Positions 59,861 to 64,000 of a stretch of DNA of 64,000 bases are shown here, one piece after another. Within the stretch, counting starts at the first letter, position 1; each line of letters opens with the position of its first letter. The notes under the pieces were generated by a model. It was not told the origin of the DNA. It searched no databases and worked only from the letters and a program-made list of their open reading frames with translations. The DNA lies in NCBI GenBank assembly GCA_951406725.2, contig OX597814.1, forward strand, positions 89,032,001 to 89,096,000, given 5' to 3'. Source of the stretch: Octopus vulgaris (Eukaryota). A program made the position numbers and the translations under genes.

Positions 59861-62144
59861 CTGTGTCTGTGTCTGTGTGTATGTAGTACTTCCCTGACAT
59901 GACAACATACATTAATATTCCTCCTAAGTCACTGACAGAACTTCAGCAGAGAACACAACCACACAAGCAACTAAAGAAGTGATGACTGCTACTGTTTGTG
60001 CTACATTGTCCATGTGCTTTCATAGAAAGGGGAAAGTATGAAAGAGTAGGGGTATTTCATTGTTCCAAATGCACATGATAACTCAATCACCTCAACAAAA
60101 TGCCCTTTATCTGCTTATGGTTTTAAGAAGTTCAAGTCTTGATTCGCATTGGAAACAGTAGTAAGCCAGTAGCTTAATACATGGGTTCACTGCATTGTTG
60201 AGGGAAAAGTGATAAGTGGCGTTTTTACGCTCTGCATTTAAAAGCTTAGAGTTTGTCCATTTAAATAGTTTCAATTGCAGTTTGTAGAAGTTTGTTTTAT
60301 ATATTGAAAGCCAAGTGCAGTAATCTCCTATTCATTGTATATGTTTCTTATCAGTTGTCAAGAGAATTTGTACAGTTACAAAAGTACTAGTTGTCATATA
60401 ACAATGTCTTTGATGCCATAGAGTGTAAGACGTTTTGCACGTAAATCCCAAGTCTTTGAATAGTTTGTTTCTTAGTATATCATGTGTTGTGCCCCTTCTT
60501 GAAGAAAATATATCAAATCATACTCAATTTGTCTTATGCTGTTTATCATTATTATCAATCTCATTTTCATCACTGCCACCAGAAATGATGGCATTACCTT
60601 TACTACCATTCACTGTATCATCAATCCACCACCACTTCAATCATTGCCATCATTTTCATCATGATCAGCATCATTGCTTTAGTAACTATTATCCAGTAGA
60701 CTGCATGCCTTTTTCTTGACTCTTTTTAAGATGAATTTTGCAAGCAGTTATACAAAGGAATACTGAAATCAAGCATGGGAGAAATAACATGGAAGTTTTT
60801 AAAACCCTTGATCAGAGGCCAGATTCTATACACTCCTAAAAACAAGGTTACAAATACCATCATTGGAAAAGTAAGTAAAATCTTAATCTTTTTTTTTGTT
60901 TTTGAATGCAGTCAGCTTATAATTTCAGCTATCTCAATATCTTCTTCATCCTAAAATCAATAAATTGAATTATGAATTCTCATGTAATCTTTTATGAAAA
61001 TATATATTTATCAGCACTAAATTCTAACTTAGGCAATATGCCATATATTTCAAGTATGAGAATTAAAGAAATGGATGTGAAGACTTTCATGCATTTTCTC
61101 TGTCATTTGTGATGTATGTAATGTTGCAAAAAAATAATCAAGCTAAGGTTATAGAATCAGCACAGCAAGTGTTTAGTACAACATTTATCAATATTAACTT
61201 TTAATATCAAGTTGAAAATTCTCCAAGTTAAAAACCTAGTCTTATAATGTTTCTGTTACAAAACAGAAACAAATGTCATAAGGTATTGGAGCTTTTTCCC
61301 CCTTATACTGGCGAGTTTCTTACATCCTTCAAAATAAATGTAAGCAAAGTTAGTATGCTTCTTGTAGTACCATGCATTTCATTGCTGATTGGTTGATGCA
61401 GCCCCTTGTAGTGTGGTGCTGTGTCATACAGAATGCTAAGTATTAAAAAATGTTTTTCATACACAATTGATTTTAGATTAAGTCAATATACTAATGACTA
61501 AAGGGTCATGAAGTCAAATATAATTACAACCACAGTGTAATGTGGCTTTATTACATTATGATTAGTGTTAGAAAGTCTGTCAAGTTGTAAAGACACAGGG
61601 TCTAATAATTCTTTAGCAATTATTCCAATTTACCAAAAGGTTCAGAATAATATCAGCTTAAATAAAACACATTTTTGGTTGTAAAAAGAGTTCTATAAAA
61701 CAACAAATTACTCAACATCTGTTGATTTAAAGAAAGCCGCAGGGCCACATTATATTTGAGATTGCATTGTGCTTAAGTAGCTCAATAATTAGAATCTAAA
61801 CATAATTGTTGTGACAACTTCGAAAATGAAAATATTTTTTATCATTCATTTACAAGGAACACAAATTGAATTTAACTCCTCATTTCATTCATCTTTCCTT
61901 GAATTTCTTCTGTGTTGAAATTCTCCTTGTTCTTTCCTCTCCAGTTGCTAAAATAGTTTTTAAAATGTCTCACTAGGCAAGCCAATAATGGAATATGTTT
62001 TTAAATTCTTGATTCTCTTTTTTTAAGATGGAGAAGTTTTTCGCTTTCATCGGTCAACTTCAGGAAATGAGTCAAGAATGGGCTACAGGTTTAGAAGATG
62101 TCTCTGCCATCCGAGCCAAACTACAGAATCTAACTGACATAATG
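776..62144 (+). CDS. ABCA: Internal part (37 exons, about 1891 codons, open at both ends) of a giant ABCA-subfamily ABC transporter gene, covering an expanded extracellular domain 1
   Basis: All 36 introns are GT..AG and every donor phase matches the next acceptor phase, with no in-frame stop. Exons 35-37 give LVPLMCG / [35 protein letters not shown] / [18 protein letters not shown], matching ABCA1-type ECD1 (recalled: IVCG, TPYCNDL...IIWKALKPLLVGKILYTP, VNKTFQELAVF). The symbol is family-level only; orthology to ABCA1, 12 or 13 is unresolved. Confidence 0.9.
1224..1385. repeat. Compound (CA)n/(TACA)n microsatellite
   Basis: Read directly from the sequence. Confidence 0.95.
1492..1761. repeat. 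Foldback (inverted repeat, arms about 130 bp); related copy at 29066-29385
   Basis: attctgttgtgactggggagagtcattttc... pairs with ...gaaaatgactctccccagacacaacagaat. Confidence 0.85.
2207..2465. mobile_element. Tigger/pogo-like MITE
   Basis: 11-bp TIR CAGTAATCCCT / AGGGATTACTG; internal taggtgaa subrepeats. Confidence 0.65.
2969..4490 (-). mobile_element. 5'-truncated R4/Dong-like non-LTR retrotransposon (end of RT, CCHC knuckle, restriction-like endonuclease)
   Basis: Uninterrupted frame from about 4490 to 3146: [54 protein letters not shown] short 3' UTR follows; both flanks are (TAA)n. Confidence 0.9.
4491..4587. repeat. (ATT)n microsatellite
   Basis: Read directly; it produces the poly-Ile start of the 480-aa ORF. 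Confidence 0.95.
5010..5158 (+). CDS. ABCA-like exon 2 (phase 2-1, type D)
   Basis: ttttag|A...G|gtaaga; [23 protein letters not shown]...ITQNIQAL. Confidence 0.8.
6136..6737. repeat. Inverted repeat (arms about 140-160 bp, spacer about 300 bp) inserted in the (TA)n tract of a SINE; resembles a Penelope terminal-repeat arrangement
   Basis: 6136-6295 is the reverse complement of 6595-6737 apart from one indel. Confidence 0.8.
7188..7327 (+). CDS. ABCA-like exon 3 (phase 1-0, type A)
   Basis: tttcag|AG...AAG|gtaaga; [46 protein letters not shown]. Confidence 0.82.
8190..8700 (-). mobile_element. Degenerate R4/Dong-like retrotransposon fragment
   Basis: [26 protein letters not shown] followed by a decayed endonuclease region with stops; boundaries approximate. 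Confidence 0.65.
9017..9590 (+). mobile_element. SINE-like family 2 with an internal minisatellite and (TGA)n tail. Other copies near 11770-12060, 17140-17580, 21760-22250(+), 40125-40560(-), 55112-55520(-)
   Basis: Shared cccactacactctcggagtggttggcgttaggaagggcatccagc...catgctagcatggaaagcggacgttaaacgatgatg; four units of about 63 bp at 9161-9413. Confidence 0.8.
9632..9847 (+). CDS. ABCA-like exon 4 (phase 0-0, type B, C-x28-C)
   Basis: ctgcag|GTG...AAG|gtagga; [24 protein letters not shown]...[33 protein letters not shown]. Confidence 0.85.
10076..10290 (+). CDS. ABCA-like exon 5 (phase 0-2, type C)
   Basis: tttcag|ATG...AA|gtaaca; [25 protein letters not shown]...[13 protein letters not shown]. 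Confidence 0.82.
10425..10646. mobile_element. piggyBac-like MITE; related copies at 32015-32221, 39290-39499, about 44900-45112 and 45268-45642
   Basis: TTAA|CCCTTTAG ... CTAATGGG|TTAA; internal sequence is shared among the copies. Confidence 0.75.
11155..11312 (+). CDS. ABCA-like exon 6 (phase 2-1, type D)
   Basis: tttcag|T...G|gtaaag; [27 protein letters not shown]...HLKNIS. Confidence 0.82.
12600..12736 (+). CDS. ABCA-like exon 7 (phase 1-0, type A)
   Basis: ttccag|AA...AGG|gtatgt; [45 protein letters not shown]. Confidence 0.82.
14091..14300 (+). CDS. ABCA-like exon 8 (phase 0-0, type B, C-x27-C)
   Basis: ttacag|ATT...TCT|gtgagt; [26 protein letters not shown]...[32 protein letters not shown]. 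Confidence 0.85.
15626..15825 (+). CDS. ABCA-like exon 9 (phase 0-2, type C)
   Basis: tttcag|ATA...GG|gtaatg; [26 protein letters not shown]...[11 protein letters not shown]. Confidence 0.8.
17882..18024 (+). CDS. ABCA-like exon 10 (phase 2-1, type D)
   Basis: ttacag|C...C|gtaagt; [32 protein letters not shown]...MLYQLS; tandem cagcag acceptor allows an alternative start at 17885. Confidence 0.82.
18610..18843 (-). mobile_element. SINE family 3, young copy with a 17-bp TSD. Other copies near 2790-2935, 4590-4815, 8745-8945, 14620-15025, 26665-27065, 32465-32680, 36815-36985, 42510-42695, 45445-45605, 51015-51470
   Basis: Core gccgaggtcaactttgcctttcatcctttcgg..tcaattaaataagtaccag; TSD tcaatgtaagaagcacc at 18593-18609 and 18844-18860. 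Confidence 0.85.
19580..19707 (+). CDS. ABCA-like exon 11 (phase 1-0, type A)
   Basis: ttacag|AT...CAA|gtaagt; [42 protein letters not shown]. Confidence 0.85.
20694..20888 (+). CDS. ABCA-like exon 12 (phase 0-0, type B, C-x25-C)
   Basis: ttttag|ATT...AAG|gtaata; [22 protein letters not shown]...[25 protein letters not shown]. Confidence 0.85.
21270..21648 (-). mobile_element. 3' end of an RTE-clade LINE
   Basis: [40 protein letters not shown]...MMDREVWR; short (TGA)n tail. Confidence 0.8.
23266..23462 (+). CDS. ABCA-like exon 13 (phase 0-2, type C)
   Basis: long pyrimidine tract then aaaag|CGT...AA|gtatgt; [25 protein letters not shown]...PELENIY. Confidence 0.78.
23983..24113 (+). CDS. 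ABCA-like exon 14 (phase 2-1, type D)
   Basis: ttacag|A...G|gtaagt; [43 protein letters not shown]. Confidence 0.82.
25581..25678 (+). CDS. ABCA-like exon 15 (phase 1-0)
   Basis: tttcag|GA...ATA|gtaagt; [32 protein letters not shown]. Confidence 0.8.
27066..27420. repeat. Perfect (TATG)n microsatellite, about 355 bp
   Basis: Read directly from the sequence. Confidence 0.98.
27875..28056 (+). CDS. ABCA-like exon 16 (phase 0-2)
   Basis: tcacag|AGG...AT|gtaagt; [60 protein letters not shown]. Confidence 0.78.
29428..29489 (+). CDS. ABCA-like exon 17 (phase 2-1, 62 nt)
   Basis: tttcag|A...A|gtaagt; [20 protein letters not shown]; needed to bridge phase 2 to phase 1. Confidence 0.75.
30570..31416 (-). 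mobile_element. Degenerate mariner-like (maT/DD37D-like) transposon inserted at a TA within (TATG)n
   Basis: Imperfect TIRs ta-cagagagtgtttggg / caaacaccctg-ta; minus-strand remnants [14 protein letters not shown] and FWPPNS...MDYYVW. Confidence 0.7.
31588..31691 (+). CDS. ABCA-like exon 18 (phase 1-0, type A)
   Basis: ttacag|AC...GTA|gtgagt; [34 protein letters not shown]. Confidence 0.82.
33600..33803 (+). CDS. ABCA-like exon 19 (phase 0-0, type B, C-x31-C)
   Basis: ttttag|CTG...AAG|gtaaaa; [24 protein letters not shown]...[27 protein letters not shown]. Confidence 0.85.
34000..34160 (+). CDS. ABCA-like exon 20 (phase 0-2, type C)
   Basis: ttacag|ATC...AG|gtatat; [34 protein letters not shown]...FNASSN. 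Confidence 0.82.
35243..35328 (+). CDS. ABCA-like exon 21 (phase 2-1, type D)
   Basis: aaacag|T...G|gtaaat; [28 protein letters not shown]. Confidence 0.78.
35840..36165 (-). mobile_element. tRNA-derived SINE family 4. Other copies near 24313-24640(+) and 48178-48500(+)
   Basis: A box TGGCTCAGTGG, B box GAGTTCGAATCC and a shared body of about 330 bp; this copy is nested within a family 1 SINE. Confidence 0.8.
36555..36679 (+). CDS. ABCA-like exon 22 (phase 1-0)
   Basis: ttgtag|AA...AAA|gttagt; [41 protein letters not shown]. Confidence 0.8.
38328..38542. mobile_element. mariner-like MITE at the end of a (TA)n tract
   Basis: Imperfect TIRs gaagggtgtgcagaaaaatt / aacttttctgcacctct with TA flanks. 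Confidence 0.55.
38610..38731 (+). CDS. ABCA-like exon 23 (phase 0-2)
   Basis: tttcag|CTT...CA|gtaagt; [40 protein letters not shown]. Confidence 0.82.
39659..39789 (+). CDS. ABCA-like exon 24 (phase 2-1)
   Basis: ttctag|T...G|gttagt; [43 protein letters not shown]. Confidence 0.82.
41009..41103 (+). CDS. ABCA-like exon 25 (phase 1-0)
   Basis: tttcag|AA...AAA|gtaagt; [31 protein letters not shown]. Confidence 0.82.
42906..43090 (+). CDS. ABCA-like exon 26 (phase 0-2)
   Basis: ttctag|GTG...TT|gtaagt; [21 protein letters not shown]...[20 protein letters not shown]. Confidence 0.83.
44348..44508. repeat. Hairpin with 56-bp inverted arms
   Basis: atagaatggttgtatactgtcaa...agggggttacacc vs ggtgaaaccccctactg...caaccattctat; about 5 mismatches. 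Confidence 0.9.
44598..44725 (+). CDS. ABCA-like exon 27 (phase 2-1)
   Basis: attcag|G...G|gttagt; [42 protein letters not shown]. Confidence 0.83.
49335..49459 (+). CDS. ABCA-like exon 28 (phase 1-0, type A)
   Basis: atgcag|TT...CTG|gtaagt; [41 protein letters not shown], resembling ABCA1 [32 protein letters not shown] (recalled). Confidence 0.87.
49690..50560 (-). mobile_element. Degenerate R4/Dong-like retrotransposon fragment
   Basis: Frameshifted pieces [21 protein letters not shown] and [31 protein letters not shown]; abuts (ATT)n at 50575-50636. Confidence 0.8.
50710..50904 (+). CDS. ABCA-like exon 29 (phase 0-0, type B, C-x25-C)
   Basis: ttccag|GTT...GAG|gtgagt; [65 protein letters not shown]. 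Confidence 0.87.
51825..52213 (-). mobile_element. Non-autonomous Helitron (about 390 bp)
   Basis: The minus strand starts TC(TATATATATAAAG), ends with hairpin CCCGAGCAACCCCGGG then CTAG, sits between A and T, and has no TSD. Confidence 0.8.
52397..52602 (+). CDS. ABCA-like exon 30 (phase 0-2, type C)
   Basis: ttatag|TTA...TC|gtaagt; [33 protein letters not shown]...VPQKIVS. Confidence 0.85.
52854..53021. mobile_element. Degenerate hAT-like MITE
   Basis: CAG...CTG termini; 8-bp flanks ttctacaa / ttctataa (7/8). Confidence 0.45.
54211..54785 (+). mobile_element. 3' end of a CR1/L2-like LINE, decayed
   Basis: [18 protein letters not shown], then (frameshift) [12 protein letters not shown]; (ATT)n tail; nested inside a SINE. 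Confidence 0.6.
55036..55692. mobile_element. hAT-like MITE carrying a nested SINE (about 55112-55520, minus strand)
   Basis: TIR CAGTGATTCTCAAC / GTTGAGAATCGCTG; 8-bp flanks atcaagat / ctcaagat (7/8). Confidence 0.75.
56036..56169 (+). CDS. ABCA-like exon 31 (phase 2-1, type D)
   Basis: ttgaag|C...G|gtaagt; [44 protein letters not shown]. Confidence 0.82.
56210..56771 (-). mobile_element. Internally deleted Tc1/mariner DNA transposon with DD39D-type spacing
   Basis: TIRs cctctgtatgaaaagtctggctgca / tgcagccagacttttcacacagagg (24/25 match); TA at the left end; ORF 56280-56600 LQMNNVRPH...[16 protein letters not shown]. Confidence 0.85.
57136..57254 (+). CDS. ABCA-like exon 32 (phase 1-0, type A)
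   Basis: ttgtag|CT...CAG|gttagt; [39 protein letters not shown], the closest match to the ABCA1 FL..[15 protein letters not shown] segment. Confidence 0.88.
57762..57956 (+). CDS. ABCA-like exon 33 (phase 0-0, type B, C-x24-C)
   Basis: tttcag|TTC...CAG|gtatgg; [65 protein letters not shown]. Confidence 0.88.
58728..58902 (+). CDS. ABCA-like exon 34 (phase 0-1)
   Basis: tttcag|TAT...G|gtatgt; [33 protein letters not shown]...NFDSSEG. Confidence 0.85.
59535..59696 (+). CDS. ABCA-like exon 35 (phase 1-1), contains the ECD1 CG motif
   Basis: ttaaag|AT...A|gtaagt; [25 protein letters not shown]...REYNSLP. Confidence 0.87.
60731..60870 (+). CDS. ABCA-like exon 36 (phase 1-0, 140 nt), conserved ECD1 core
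   Basis: tttaag|AT...AAA|gtaagt; [46 protein letters not shown] carries the ABCA W..LKP...G.ILYTP motif. Confidence 0.93.
62028..62144 (+). CDS. ABCA-like exon 37 (phase 0-0, 117 nt); the gene continues beyond the window
   Basis: tttaag|ATG...ATG|gtaaga; [39 protein letters not shown]. Confidence 0.88.
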
Positions 62145-62669
62145 GTAAGATTGTATAAATATTTACAAGCATTTCCTAACTTAGCCTTTTAGTTTATAAC
62201 CTTTTGTAACAAAATCTTAAGTGTTTTTTTCTTTTGATTTGGCACAATGTCAATTTTTGTATGGAAAAATGTACGCTTGCCTCAAATGATAGCAATGATT
62301 GTTGATATTTATTTAATCAACTTCAAAATATGAAAAGCGAATTAAACCATGAGAGGATTTGAATTCAGGAAACCAGGGGATGAAACTAAATACTGTAGGA
62401 TATAGTCTAACATAGATGGGGGGCAAACTATGGCTCACAAGGTCTATTTGCATAGCCCACAAATATTCTCATAAATGTTTGACACATAGGATTTTTTGAG
62501 AGTAATGCACTAAACAAAACAATAATTTGATTTTGCAATTTTGAAAACAAAATGTAAAGCAATATTCTACATATTTTTGGTAATTTTCAAATCTTTGAAT
62601 ATGCATAACATTGCAAGTATTTCAAATTTTATCCTAATAATGAGAGCTACAAAAACTAAAAAAATGAAT

Positions 62670-63085
62670 AGGCGCAGGGTGGCCGTGTGGTAAGTAGCTT
62701 GCTTACCAACCACATGGTTCCGGGTTCAGTCCCACTGCGTGGCATCTTGGGCAAGTGTCTTCTGCTATAGCCTCGGGCCGACCAATGCCTTGTGAGTGGA
62801 TTTGGTAGACAGAAACTGAAAGAAGCCTGTTGTATATATGTGTATATATATATGTATGTGTGTGTATATGTTTGTGTGTTTGTCCCCCTAGCATTGCTTA
62901 ACAACCGATGCTGGTGTGTTTACGACCCCGTCACTTAGCGGTTTGGCAAAAGAGACCGATAGAATAAGTACTGGGCTTACAGAGAATAAGTCCCAGGGTT
63001 GATTTGCTCGACTAAAGGCAGTGCTCCAGCATGGCCACAGTCAAATGACTGAAACAAGTAAAAGAGTAAAGAGTAAAAGAGAGAA
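62670..63085 (+). mobile_element. tRNA-headed SINE family 1 with an internal (TA/TG)n tract. Other copies near 5855-6985(+), 15065-15480(-), 22310-22680(+), 25000-25535(+), 41380-41815(-), 43695-44010(-), 47575-47970(+), 53330-53705(-)
   Basis: A box TGGCCGTGTGG, B box GGGTTCAGTCCC, shared body and an (AAAAGAGT)n tail across many copies. Confidence 0.85.
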
Positions 63086-64000
63086 CTTAGAAATGAATAT
63101 CATGCATTTAACAAGAAATCAATAGACTAATATTTATTTATTAATATTAAAAGCAAAGCAAAGTACCAACTCTTTCAAGACAGTACTGCTGCTCTGAAGG
63201 AATACAATTTGAAGAGACACTTTCAGACTAAGCACTGAACTTAGAATATAATTTATCAAAATGTAACTTATAACAAAAAGCCAATGATACATTGACTAGT
63301 TTAAAACACCAATAAACTTTTTGAAGTTGTTAATATATAATAATGAATAATTATATATTCAGTATTATTATTACTACAATCACTTTACCAAAAGCTGGAT
63401 CTATAGCACTAGTTTAATGCCAGAAAATACTTCTGTCCCACCTCCAAAAGCTTTTGATGCTGTACAAAATTGATTGAGACTTACAATGGAATAGAACTAC
63501 ACATGAACTGAAATATCCTATGCCTCATCCAAAAGAAAGCCTTTATCCCACTATCTTTTCACTCAGCCTCTTGTATCACTACAATAATGTCTAATGCACT
63601 TCAGAGTCAGCTAATTTACTAAAGCCCTTCTATCAAAATTGTTTTCATTTTTTTCATCATCAATTTTGTGTTTTGCAAACTAGAATTTATATTTACTCAA
63701 CACATTCTCTCTTCTTCTGTATTTCTCACATTTTACCCAAGTGTCAATCTCACAGGTCTGAGAAGACCTGCAAAATTCATGGGTACAGTTCCTTTCTCAA
63801 AACCAAAACCATGAAATTAAGAATATAAAAGTATGTCATAGAATGAAAACAAGTTTCTTTTTAATGCCAGAATATGAACGATACATTTATACGAGAAAGG
63901 TGTCAACTGGTTCAACTAACCACATGCCTCTATTTATAACACATGTCAATATAAAAATGCATAAATGCATAATTGTAATTTTCTATCATGAATTTCAATA

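Noticed and set aside
776-62144. Naming the gene ABCA13, ABCA12 or ABCA1 specifically
   Set aside because: The NBD and TM regions are outside the window; orthology needs a phylogeny.

Overview
AT-rich, microsatellite- and SINE-dense eukaryotic DNA. The repeat families and the (TATG)n/(ATT)n density look like an octopus (coleoid cephalopod) genome; this is an inference from recall. The window lies entirely inside one + strand gene. I traced by hand 37 GT-AG exons from 776 to 62144 whose phases all join into one open frame (5673 nt, about 1891 codons); neither the start nor the stop is in the window. The last exons encode ABCA-subfamily transporter ectodomain 1 (ECD1) motifs: LVPLMCG, then EFCKQLY...[18 protein letters not shown]. 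About 1800 aa of helical, N-glycosylation-rich sequence precede those motifs. This stretch is built from a repeated exon cassette with cycling intron phases (1-0-0-2-1), an exon resembling ABCA1 [17 protein letters not shown], and a C-x24-31-C exon, so it appears to be a giant ABCA ectodomain grown by tandem duplication of an exon module. The introns carry R4/Dong-like, RTE and CR1-like LINE fragments, mariner relics (one with DD39D spacing), a Helitron, piggyBac-, hAT- and Tigger-like MITEs, four SINE families, foldback elements with hammerhead-ribozyme-like motifs and long microsatellites. Most long entries in the ORF track are translated microsatellites.
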